NCBI GenBank assembly: GCA_964658305.1
Contig: OZ210885.1
Location: 1,612,001-1,676,000 of the forward strand
DNA: 64,000 nt
Direction: 5' to 3'
Origin: Leptogorgia sarmentosa
Lineage: Eukaryota
Below are positions 26,571 through 39,000 of this stretch, piece after piece. Every line of letters starts with the position of its first letter. Position 1 is the first letter of the stretch. Made by a program: the position numbers and the translations under genes. The notes beneath the pieces were generated by a model. It was not told where the DNA came from, did no database searches, and was given only the letters and a program-made list of their open reading frames with translations.

Positions 26571-29500
26571 CTACTGCGCCATATCAACATCGTCATATTT
26601 TTCATTCAGGACTTTCATGACTGCTACGTAATATAGACTTCCTTCCAATGTAAATGTGCGCGTGACAGGTTTTAGAAATTTGAAAACATGAGGTACTGTT
26701 GGCTCACACCAGCATTTGTTTTTACGATCATATTTCTTCACGTCACACCACGTTTTAATGAATCGCTGATTCTGGAATCTGACTTCAATTTCCTTGGCGT
26801 GCATGGGTATCTCTACTGTGGAACCACTTCCTTCGACAATGTTTTGGATTTTCTCGCCTTTGTCATCTGAGTAACCCACTATCATTCTTGTGAAGTACGG
26901 TTCTTCGCAATAATAGGTTATCACGGCTCTATTAAGTATGAATGAAATAGTTTAAAATGTATGTCCATGCTCACAAAGTACGAGGTGCACTACCTGAGGA
27001 CAACCTTACTCATAGGAGTACATGACCTTTGCCAACTGGAGAGACGTCACTTCTTACCCGAAAAAATTCTTTACAATACGTTTTTACAATATATGTACCG
27101 GTTATATACAGCGAAGTTGTTGGCGAGGGGGAGTGATGTTATTATACCTGAAAATAGTTATCATTCCCGCCTTTTTCTTTTTATTTCATGATAGCGCAGT
27201 TGATACTTGGGCGAGGGCGTAAGACACGGCAATGGTGATGGGCAGTTGAAGGCGACGAGGCGCTACCTACTTGGTTGGCGCCGAGTGAAATTTAGATTGT
27301 CGGAAATGGCACATTCGGGCGCAGGGTGAGCGTTAGATCATATCGAACAAATGTACATGACGTCAGAATTTTCCATATATAGCTGTGAACTAGTTTTATA
27401 TAGACTAAGATCCCAACCCAAACCCTAAATACTAACCCTGATCATAGAAGTCGGCAAAATATTGAAGAAAAAAAAGTTTTAACTTGAAATCGCCAACGCG
27501 AAAGAAAAGTGTCGCACCGGGGCTTGAAGTCTAAAACAGCAACGCAAAGCACCGCGTGCCTTAACCGCTGAGATAATTTCGAGCTCGCTGAAAATTATCG
27601 CCAAGAAAGCGTTTTATAGAGAAAACTCCGTTAATAATAAAATTCTGACGTCATGTACGTTTGTTCGATATGATCTAACGCTAACCCGGGCGCAGCAGCC
27701 ACCCCCACGCCCTCCCCCCCGGCTTGTACACCCATGACCCGAAAAAATGTTAACGAGACTTACTGAAGTATTTCTTCCCATTTGAATTCTGCGTTATGAT
27801 TTTCATTGCTGTTTTACACAATGTAAAAAAAATTAATGTATTGTTGCAAGCTCTAATCGATAATGAAAAGGTCAAAATTCTACAACATACCTACAGTATT
27901 CATATCTTTCATGACTTACCTATTCACATCGTTCATTTCGAAATCTGGTGGTGCATTTTCATTGCTGTTGTTCGGAAAATAGAAAAACAAGAAATGGTTA
28001 TTATTTCAAACAAAGTTTGTAGTTTACACCATGAAAGGAATTTTATTATCGCAAAATACAAACTACAAACTAAACTACGAAACTATACAGACTTCAGAAT
28101 AATATTATTTTCACTATGCAATTGCAAACTTTGAAAAGATTATTAAGAAATAGTTGTTTGTTATCTGTCACGAGGCGCCAACCGTGCAAAATTTTAAAAC
28201 AGCGATTTGAGAGATCTATAACTCACACTTTTTACTAACTGATATTTGCCCAAATTTTCACAACTGCCCCCACTCAATGCTCTAGCACTGGAAGGTCAAT
28301 AACAGTTTTTAGGATCAACCATATTGAATATTAAATGAACGTACTAGAAAGATAGGAAAAAACGCTATATACGTGATATGTCATGAACCCTCTAACTCAA
28401 CATTGAATAAATGTTTTAAATAAGAACAGAATAGCAATCCAACTATGAATTTCTGAATTTTATTACATATAACAAATAAAGCCTTTAAAACTTTAATTCG
28501 CCTAATTCTGGAATTAAGAAAATGTAATAAAAATATTCAATGGTGATTTTGTGCATCGTTTATTCCCTGGAAAAAAGCCAATAGTTTGCACATTAATTTA
28601 TAATTTTCTGTTTAATTAATAAGTCGTGCAGTTTCACTCTTCGTTTCCTGTCCGTTCCTTTTGATTGTCTATGCTACCACTGAGCACTACTTGAAACAAG
28701 CCAAAGCTTACCTCGTTCCGCTTGGTTCTTCATTTTGTCCTGTTTTGTGTCTTTTTTTAGTGTCACAACTAGTTTAATTTTGTAAAAGATTAGAAATACA
28801 TTAGAATTAGCAGTGCGAGGATTTAAAGGCCAAATATAATCAAGCCAACAATAATTGGTCAAAATATTTGGATCAGTGGCATTATAAAATAATCGGGTAG
28901 TTTGAACCGATATTATTGATAATAGAAATATGTGTGTGAATACCTGGACGTGAAACCAATCACCGTCGGAGTAAGCACATGTTCCACGCTGTCTGGTATC
29001 CCTGACATCTTTTGTTTAGCTGCCTCAACTTTCGTCTTTCCCATCGTCTTTACTTTTGCCTCTAATTTCGAAACACCAGCACAAATCATACCAATGCATA
29101 ATCCTACAACCGCCCCTCTAACAGTATTTAATGCATAATGCCATCCAATTATTTCACCAGCACCTGCCTCTGCAATTGAAGAGACTGCACTTTCAAGGCC
29201 AATCATTGCCGAAGCAATACCTGTGCATGCTCCGCCACCAAGAGCCCCGATGATGCAAGCGCCAATCACAAAACGTTTTGCGTAGTTTCTAACTTGCACG
29301 CCATTTTCAATCGAATAATAACTGACTACTCTGAAGGCACCTTTAATCGCTCCCCCAATCAAAGCGCCGCCTGCTATGTTGCCAGCGAAGAACGCTCCTA
29401 CCCCCATTCCAGTGGTACATATAGTTATTGCAATTCCACCGGCTACCAACACAGCACTGAAGACCAAGAGACAGATCCTCTTCCATTTTTCGTTGCTTCC

Positions 29501-31882
29501 GTGAGCCTCTGGTTTGAAAATAGAATTTTCTTTTCTTCTTCTTTTTTCTTTTTTTTCCTTTTCTTCTTTTCTTTCTTCTTTTTTGTTTTTTTTTCTATTA
29601 TGACTACAGGGTGTATCAAAAAAAAGTTTACTGATGAAAACATTCTCTAAACTAACGAGCGCTCAAAATTTCCAAAAACTTTCGGTTAGCCTGGGTAGTT
29701 TAACACCCTCTGGTATATCTAGCACTAAGTTTATTTTAAAAACAGACTTTTTTAGAATGGGAAATGTGGTTACTGAAAGGCCCACTAAAAACGGCTTGCG
29801 CGGAAAAAATAAGTTTTCACACAATTTGATTTAATCGGATGAAAATATGGAGTATGATATACAAGCTATTCAAGTTTTGAGAAATTTGGTGCACGCTGAG
29901 ACGAACGTGCGATGTAAGAAAACTGGATTTGCCGCAATTTCTTCGCGTAATTACGGACCTTTGGGAATTAGCTTGCAATTTGCATTGGTAATTAATGCAA
30001 ATATCCAATTATGCATAAATTAATCGGTAATCACGCAGGAAAGAACGCAAAATCCAGTTTTTGGACATCGCACGTTCGTCTCGGCGTGCACCAAATTTCT
30101 CAACACTTGAATAGCTTGTATATCATACTCCATATTTTCATCCGATTAAATCAAATTGTGTAAAGGAAACGTATTTTTTCCGCGCAAGCCGTTTTTAATG
30201 GGCCTTTCAGTAACCACATTTCCCATTCTAAAAAAGTTTGTTTTTAAAATAAACTTAGTGCTAGATATACCAGAGGGTGTTAAACTACCCATGCTAACCG
30301 AAAGTTTTTGGAAATTTTGAGCGCTCGTTAGTTTAGAGAATGTTTTTCATCAGTAAACTTTTTTTTGATACACCCTGTAGTTTAATTTTGTAAAAGATGA
30401 GAAAATACATTAGAATTTAACAGTGCGAGGATTTTAAGATCATAAATTAAACATTAAAGTGGTTTAAAAAATCCGAAGGAAATCTCCTCAAGCCAGAGGT
30501 CAAAATATTTGGATCAGTGGTTTTATAAAATAATCGGGCAGTTTGAACCGGCATTATTGAATAATGGAAATATATGTGTGTGAATACCTGGACATCAAAC
30601 CAACCACCGTTGGAGTAAGAACATGTTCCACGCTGTCTGGTATTCCTGCCTCAAGTTTCGTCTTTCCCATTGTCTTTACGTTTGCCTCGACTTTTGCAGC
30701 ACCAGAAAAAACCATGTCAGTTCCTGATCCTACAGTATTTAATGCACAATCTGCAATACTTTTGACTTCCCCGTCAACAACGGCTGGATCAATGTAGTTC
30801 GAAATTAGTGATAGGGTTCGTTCTGTTGCTCTGCTTACTGCTGCACGTCCAAGTATTTCATCAGCACCTGCCTCTGTAATTGAAAACTGGACTGCACTTT
30901 CAAGGCCAAATATTGCCGAAGTAAAACCTGCGCATGCTCCGCTACCAAGAGCCCCTAAGCCAGCGCCAACGGCAAAACTTTTTGCGTAGTTACCAACTTT
31001 CACGCCATTTTCAATCGAATCATAACTAACTACTCTGAAGGCACCTTTACTCGCTCCCCCAAACAATGCGCCGCCTGCTATGTTGCCAGCAAAGAACGCT
31101 GCTACCCCCATTCCAGTGGTACATACAGTTATTGCAATTCCACCGGCTACCAACACAGCGCTGAAGACCAAGAGACCGATCCTCTTCCATTTTTCGTTGC
31201 TTCCGTGAGCCTCTGGTTTGAAAATAGCTCTCCATCGTGATTTTGATGACCATCCGCCTTTATAATCGGTCAGGTCATGGTACAATGCTCTCTTCTCATG
31301 ATCGCCTAAAATGCTATAAGCCATAACGATCTCTTGACAGATTTGATCATCACCTGAATCTGGATTGCGGTCGGGATGAAATATGAGCATTTGCCGATGG
31401 TAGGCTTTCCTGATCATTTTATCTTGGTCTTCTGCTGATGCTAATTTTCGGACTACTTTCATATCCAGCTTCAAAATGGCGTACAGATCTCTTCCATATT
31501 CCCACGATGTCTCATCCTCCATGTTTTTTCTTCTGATGGCAATTTGTCGTTCATTTGGATATTTGGACAATATTTCCTCATTAACATGTCCTTCGTCACT
31601 GGTTCCATCTTTCACCGTTATCAGCTTGTCTCCTTCCCACTTCTTTACTGGAAGAACAATGTTTTTTCTTGCTTTCTTTTTCTGTGTTCTTATTTGGTAT
31701 TTGAAAGCATCTTTATCTCTATAAAAGTACTGCTTTCCGGGCTCAATACTTTCTTTCTTCCAAGGTAACCAACAAATGGGATCTAATTCAGAGAACACAA
31801 AGAGAAACACCGTGAACTGACTTGTCTCATTTTTGACAAGAATGGCTTTGTATTCAGGATCTGGAATATTTGACGCCGCCAT
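26571..31882 (-). CDS. J-domain (DnaJ/Hsp40-type) protein with Gly/Ala-rich hydrophobic region and C-terminal beta-rich domain (~584 aa); exons 31882-30588, 28768-28712, 27964-27920, 26928-26571
   Basis: DLYAIL..IRKAYHRQMLIFHPDRNP..QEIVMAYSILGDHEKRALY is a J-domain with HPD; exons join in phase 2 without stops. Confidence 0.75.
27325..27686. mobile_element. MULE-like MITE (9-bp TSD) with internal tRNA-derived module; found only in duplicate copy 2
   Basis: TIR GGTGAGCGTTAGATCATATCGAACAAATGTACATGACGTCAGAATTTT and its inverse; TSD CGGGCGCAG (27316-27324, 27687-27695). Confidence 0.75.
28946..29520 (-). pseudogene. Diverged partial duplicate of the J-domain gene large exon (Gly-rich part), lying inside intron 1 of the model
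   Basis: ORF 28913-29467 is paralogous to the C-terminal half of 30554-31915; similarity stops at the (TTC/T)n tract near 29525. Confidence 0.65.
29607..30377. mobile_element. Tc1/mariner-type foldback MITE, ~770-bp near-perfect palindrome
   Basis: TA|CAGGGTGTATCAAAAAAAAG ... CTTTTTTTTGATACACCCTG|TA; arms of about 380 bp. Confidence 0.88.
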
Positions 31883-32064
31883 GATCAAAGTAATATCTAA
31901 AAATGTGAGAAACACATGTTAAATCATTTTTATTGTGTAATGACTAGTGCGGCTAATTAATTTGCTAACGAAAACTGTCGATTATTAACTTTTATTATAT
32001 TTATCGCATGTTTATTGAATAAATATAAACTAAATCTATACTATCTATTATATATATGTTTATG

Positions 32065-32388
32065 GAATGATTTCATGATATCGTATGATATCGAATGATA
32101 TCAGGTGTCCAAAAGTATTCAAGTTCGGCCCATATGCGCGCACTTTTGGAATCTTCCAAGGGAGTTGTTGTTTTCATGCGATAAAATACCTAGACTAAGT
32201 ATACTATCAGATGTAGCATTGCCGAGTGGTTTATACCGCTGGAAAAATTTTTCAAACTTCACCACAATGCATTTGCAGACCATGTGATTGTGAATATCAC
32301 TTCGCCGTATTGTGCTCGTAAACATAGAGGTTCTGCCGACATTTGAACTCCATGCTAATTCCTCACTCTACCAATTGAGCTACCGAAG
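32065..32388 (-). mobile_element. Putative tRNA-derived SINE
   Basis: Minus strand starts GGTAGCTCAATTGGTAGAG (A box) .. GGAGTTCAAAT (B box) and ends in a (GATATCAT..)n tail. Confidence 0.55.
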
Positions 32389-34692
32389 AATCAGGATAAG
32401 TTATAAATTATATTTCCTATATAATACATTATTGAAAAACGTTTTAGTACAAATCACCCTATTTACAGTAATCGTCCATAAATCTTTGCATAAATTAAAC
32501 ATTTTGCATATATTCAAATAAATTGGCAACCCTCTTCAAAGCGCGGCTATAGCGTACGTCATGCTGTTCAACCAATCAGAGCACGATATTCTAATGAGCT
32601 CACAGCCTCAATACTTAAGCACCACCTGCGCAACCTCACGCAGCCTCAAAAATCCGGCTCGATCGGCCCCTATATTACTACTAGAGGCTTTGACAGAGTG
32701 ACATTACATATTTTGCTTAATAAACATAAAAATAAAAAGAATGATAAATTAATAACGAAAATAGTGAAATTAAGAAAGAAATTCCTACAATCTAACAAAT
32801 AGAACTTAGAAGGAATACATGCGTGACGCTCAATTAAACGCCCACATACGTTTCCGACATGTAATGTACATTGTAAATTCAAGCAGCCAAATTTTTATAT
32901 TTGTCATACATAATTTCATTTCTGCACATTTTCTGCACATGTAGAAATTAAACCTAATCTATCATGAAGAATCAGGTGGTAATAAAATCAAATGATTATC
33001 AATTTGGTCATGGATTCAGAACAGTAAAATTAAGTTCGCAATAGGTGTTCGCATTGTGCAATGCATAATACTCGGAAATCGGATGAATGCTGAGAATTCT
33101 TTTCATTAATGTTAAGTTGATAGTTAATTGGCCATGTTACGCCATTATATACTTCTGAACTCTATTTCATTGTAAGAATGGAGTATTTGACAACACATCA
33201 TTCTGGATTTAGGATGCTTAGAACGGAGTGCGAGAACTTATACTGAGTGGTAATGCTGTAAAACCGTTCTGAGCTTAGTCATCAATTCATCAGGATATAC
33301 AGATGTTTCTCATTGCTCGCAATCCGCATAGTAACTTAATTAATGCCGTTAGCATTGATATTTTCATATGAAAAATAACTACTAAATACCACGGCTGAAT
33401 ATCTAATTGGAAAGTATTCTTTAATAATTAGAAATAAGTTAACGACCGACGCATTAGTGATCAGGCAATACAAAAATAATTGACTATCAAAAATCATCGT
33501 GAACTCCTGCATGAGTTATGTGCATGTATAATTAATTTCATACACTCGATACTTGGACACATTTACGTCCCTGTCATTTTATTGCAAACTGAATTTGATT
33601 CCTACTTTCTGTTGATCAGTTCTTTCTGAAAAGTTCTTAATCCTTAATATGATTCCACATGCTACATGATGCTAGTTCATATCAGATTTTATCGGCATAT
33701 AATTGATATACATCAATATCATCTGGATAATTCAGTATGAAGAATGGCGAAAATTATGATCTCGAGGGCTTTTTTGCTGATCAATTTCGTACTAATTCCA
33801 AAAACTATAGCCTACTAATGTAATATAGGCCATTTTCTCCAAAACACATGCAATAACAAACAATGCATTTCACTTTCGAATTCGTTATCGACGATGTCAC
33901 ACCCTTTAACATCGACGATGTTAAATTAAAGAAATAATCAATTTGGCTATACATAAAAAAACTGTGAAGAAAGTCAATCATGCACATTATATTTAAAAGT
34001 TTAAAACGTTAAGTATGAAACTTACCTGACAAATATGAGGATGAAACTAGAATGTTTGAACCTTTCTCAAAGGCGTAGTTTTACCTAATTTGCACGTCCT
34101 GCTGCGACCCAATCGTGCGAAAGCGCGCGTATTGAACCGAATTCACGGTATGGAGTGCGGAGTGCATGCAGAAATGTATTGTAGAGCGCTGGTTTAAACA
34201 ATGCGACCAACAATATAACATCAGGGGTTTTGTATTTGGTATTGTCGTTTTGTTGAGAAGTAAAGTTTCTGCACGTATTGACTTCACATGCAGTAGTGAA
34301 GATTTTCAAGAACATTGACTGATTAAACGAATTAGATCATCAGATTGAACGAATATTGTTGAGCAGGAACTCGCTATGGGGGAAGCTATAGTGCATGAAC
34401 CAACGAATTTGCAATCAAATTCTGTAATCTCACATTTATCACATAGCCATGCATAGATAGAACAGATTCGTATTTTGGCACTTCCATATTTAGTAAAAAA
34501 GGGTTGCAAATGCAATTTATAAAAAATCTTTGCCTAATTTCGGTAATGAAATAAAACTTATTTCTGTTGGGCTTTTTACCATCGAGGTTATAGGGTTATA
34601 GGTAGGTATCTCATAAATACCTGTAGCAACGTTAACGTTATCTACTGTGATTGAAGAATTCGAATAAAACTTCAGAATTGCATGTCATATAT

Positions 34693-35199
34693 CAGCCGTT
34701 GAACAAAGACCTCAACGGGTAGTACCCAATATTTCTCAATTGAGAACACGGGTAATGCCCACGCTGGACTATCGCCTAAGATTGCTGGTCGGCGTTTCAG
34801 TATTACTCTTGATATAGTTATGTTAGTGTTAGATATAAACCATTTTTCTATATACTAAGAATTTCCTTAATCCCAACCCAAACCCTAGAATCCTAACCCT
34901 GACCATTGTGGTCAGAAAAATATTGAGGAAAAAAAGTTTTCATCACTAACGCTGAAAAAATGTGTCGAACTGGGGCTTGAACTGCAACGCACGCACCGCG
35001 CGCCTTACCACTTGAGCTAAATCGAGCTCGCTGCTCACCACTCTGGCCTGGCTAAATGCATATGATTATAGACCCGGGCAATCACTGTTCATAATTTACC
35101 AGGACAGGCTACTTAGACGATAGTCCAGCGTGGGCATTACCCATGTTCTCAATTGAGAAATATCGGGTACTACCCGTTGAGGTCTTTGTTTAACGGGTG
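34693..35199. mobile_element. Non-autonomous TIR element with 7-bp TSD, termini like the large KDZ element
   Basis: ~88-bp TIRs CAGCCGTTGAACAAAGACCTC.. / ..GAGGTCTTTGTTTAACGGGTG; TSD CATATAT (34686-34692, 35200-35206). Confidence 0.82.
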
Positions 35200-36039
35200 C
35201 ATATATACATAATTTTTTACATAATTATTTGATTAGTATAGGCCGTTGATGTACTGTTACTTATTTTGGCTTCATCATCAAGTGGCATTTACATTATATT
35301 TCTTTATATATATACAGTACATTGGAGCTTGATGGCTTCTCCGGTTAACTCTATAAGAGTCACGGATACAGCATATACACTAGTATAGACACTGTGATTC
35401 CGTTGCGCGAACAGCGCATGTACTGAATGAAAAATAATACGATTAAAATAGTTGTGGAATATCCCAAATGTGGTAAAATGAGGTGAACGACTAATGACAG
35501 CGCATGGTTGCTGATGTTTTTGCATTTTTAGAATCGTGAAATATAGCCACTATCTTGAAAATCTATACGTCTCGTCCAACCCATTGAACTTAAGTCGTTT
35601 TCCGTTGCAGTCGCTTTGCCGCGCGGGCAGAGAGGACATGTTTCAACTTTTGCTATGGTTGTCAAATCTGAGCGTTTTCTGTCTGCCTTCGCGCGCGCGG
35701 TTGTTGAACTACATTCAACTTTCTTGGCGTGCCCGCGCGACTGATTTTTCACGAGAAAAATCGTGCAGGCGAAGCGAACATGTTTCAACTTTTGGTATGG
35801 GGCCGTATGGCTGTCTGATCTGAACACGTTCTTCGTCCGCTTTTCCGCGCGCGGACACGCTTACAAGTTGAACGACATTCTACCTCTACTTTTCCGTGCG
35901 ATAAATTTTTAACGAGATTAAAATCGTTCGCTCTACCTGAGCGGCAATGCGACTGGAAAACGGCCTTCACCTACAACCACAACGCTCACAACGCTGGGCA
36001 CATGGGAATGGACTGGGACGAGAAAATTGCCAATCCAAT

Positions 36040-39000
36040 ATGGCGACTGCAATGTTGACTTTGCCAAAAAGATCAGGAATTTTATCAGGTACGTTTTAAA
36101 AAAATTAAACGTTTTTCGCTATTTTGTTTATAGTAATATGTGAAGTATTTATATGTGCTTGCTATACATTATTATCAATCTTAACAATGCAATCCTGTTC
36201 GCAGAATTGTGGCATTCAAATAATCTGATATTGTCCAAAACATTTTGTAGTTTGTACAAATTATAAATGTACACTTATTACTTGTCGTCTGTTTTATGAA
36301 ATCCGTTTAGCTAAGCAGTGGACAACCAAAAATTTAGAAACACTGGATGTGTAGCTCCATGCATAATTGTTATGTTCAGGCACAAAGCTTAAAGTTTTTT
36401 AGTAACATGCCCTCTAACATGCCCTGATATCAAATTTTGCTATAACGTTTTTGTACAGGCAGCTTCAAAATTCTGTGCTATAGTTTATAATACTATATAT
36501 TATATTTATATTATTGTGTACCTTTACAAGTACACCCAACAAACTTTTGGTCTGTCTGAAGGATCCTTCATGTCAATGTTTATCACCTGATTACCCTCAA
36601 TTTTAGTGAAATGTATTCAAAAGTCCGCAGGGATCTGCTCAGTTTTTATTAAAGCAAAGGTGAGTTTATTTATTTTTTGCTGTATTCCATTCAAAATAGA
36701 GTTGATCCTGAATTATGGGTGTTTTTTATGTTGCCTATTTTATGTTTATACCCAGCATGGATTGCAACTGAAAACATTCATTTATGTGGATTTACAGCTT
36801 TTACTAGTTGCATTTTTGCAAGCAAATATGTCTCATACAATTGGGATAAAGTGAGAAGTCATGATTCCCTTCAAACTTTCAAATCTCTGCTGCAAGAGGG
36901 AAAAGAGAGACTATACCAGAAAATTAAAAAGAGAGAGGGCCAGGGGGGGGGGACAATGATTGTGCTTGCTTGAGGTTGTACTGAGTTCTATTTTTATTTA
37001 ACAGAATTATTCAAGTTATGAACCAAAATATGGTAAAGGTGGTCGTTCATCATTTAGTGGTGTAGTTGCAACAGTATTTGGAGCAACTGGATTTCTTGGA
37101 AGATATGTTGTCAATAGATTGGGTCAGTATGTTGTAGAAATTTTTCGATCTAACCATAGGTAGCCCAACAAGCAGCACGCATGACGTAATATTCAGTAGT
37201 ATAATCAAGTTCAAGCCGTAGTTGGTCATATTGTTGCCAATGTTATCTACAGAAAGTTAACTGAGACTTTTCCACTTTTAGCCAACCTTTTAAATTAGGA
37301 GCATCAAGGGCATTTAAGTAGAATTGTGATGTTTGGTAACAAAATATTGCAAAATTTGGAAAATACAGTCATGCAAATTTTTGAATTTGTCTACTTTTGT
37401 TTATGTATGGAAAAGTAATGATCATTAAATTTTGAAGTTCACAATATTTTGTAACCAAACTTCACAATTTTACTAAATTTATGACGCTTTTTCCTGAATT
37501 CAGAAGTTTGTCTGAAAGGGGAAAGGTCCATTGAAACACAAAGGGCAGCATTACAGAGTAGTTCATATAGAAAGAGAGACGGTCACCCCCTGCATAATCA
37601 TAAATTCCAGCAAGTGAAGGCATTCAGCCGCTCACAACTATGCGCAGTAAAAAACATGTTACACTTTTTTCCTTGAGTGCATGCTCTGTATAATCTACTC
37701 TGTGGTAGGCTGCCAACTACTGCAGCACAATGCAACCCTGGTTTTGGATCCTGATTATTTTTATATTTGTAGGTCGTGTTGGCAGTCAAATTGTTATCCC
37801 ATATAGAGGGAATGAGTATGACTGTAATCAACTTAAAGTCATGGGTGATCTTGGACAGCTATTGTTCTTTGTAAGTATTTTTTATCAACAAAAAAAGTCT
37901 CGAAAATTACAATGCACAGGGCAGTAGTACACACAAAACAGTCCATTACAAGATTATTAATTATACACATAGGTTTGTGATGGCGATATTTTGATTGCAA
38001 AATGTCTAATCATGAATTTGTAATAAATTCAAAATATCAGTTAGTTACGGCTTGCAGCCGTAGTTTTCGCCTTTGTTTTCCACTTTTCTAAAGCCTTTAG
38101 TGTACGTTCGCCCTTCATGACAGTCCGCCATATTTTTGAGATCAGTGATGTCCACCCATCCACCCGTGGCTCGGGATAACCGTTATAAATGAACCTTTAA
38201 GCCAGTTGTTGATTGGCCAGTTGCTCATTGACCAGTCCCCCCCCCCTGAAACGACTTTAACGACTGTAAGAATGCAGTATTTCTCAGTAAGTGCGATATA
38301 TTTCATTTTGCTTTAAAAGGAGTATCACTTACGCGATACGCAAAGTGTGGCTGACATGATGAAGCAATCCAATATTGTCATCAACCTTATTGGAAAGAAT
38401 TTTCCAACCAGGTACAGTAGTTCCTGCTTACAGTTACATGATACACCAGATTGGTACAATCCGAGCGACGTCCAATTTAGCTATTTCAAAGTGGATTTAA
38501 AACTTAAACTTAAAACAAACATTTTTGTCAAAACCTGCAAATATAAAGTATCCTGAGAATAAAGAAGACTGGAAAGCAGGTAAAACACACGACTTTCCCT
38601 AGAGTCTGTTCACAACTTCACACGAGCACGTTTTTGTGTGATTTCCTCCCTTTTCACGTGGATGATGTAAACAAGTAAACGAGTCCATAGGCAGCCCAGA
38701 AATGAACGGTGTTCTTTAGCTAAATCAATCCATTTGATCGATAATATTCATATTGTAGAATGGCCGAAGCTGGCGGCATTTGATAATTTGTTCGTGCGAT
38801 ATTCGGTCAGGTTTCGGGTGTCGCTCGCTGTATAGTGCAATCAGTATTATATATATTCCGAGAATACCCTGGGGTCGGTTGTATTGAGAGCTTAAATGGT
38901 GGATAAGTAAAAATGTAAAAACATTCCTATTCATTTTGTAAATACTTGAACTTAAATTTTATCAACTAAATGTGTCGTATAGTTGGTATGTATAGACAGG

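Larger units (their letters stand above)
22166..29132. repeat. Tandem segmental duplication: copy 1 about 22166-25422, copy 2 about 25423-29132 (3' part of the J-domain gene plus downstream flank)
   Basis: TTCATCATTTATCAGATTAAAATTCAGAT starts both copies; colinear similarity throughout, including near-identical 117-aa ORFs at 23353-23706 and 26571-26924. Confidence 0.9.

Noticed and set aside
29294..29650. Poly-Phe and poly-Lys ORFs
   Set aside because: They arise from a (TTC/T)n low-complexity tract.
34960..35020. Functional tRNA genes (also 27510-27575 and 32330-32388)
   Set aside because: A and B boxes are present but no complete cloverleaf or anticodon arm; they are embedded in repeats.
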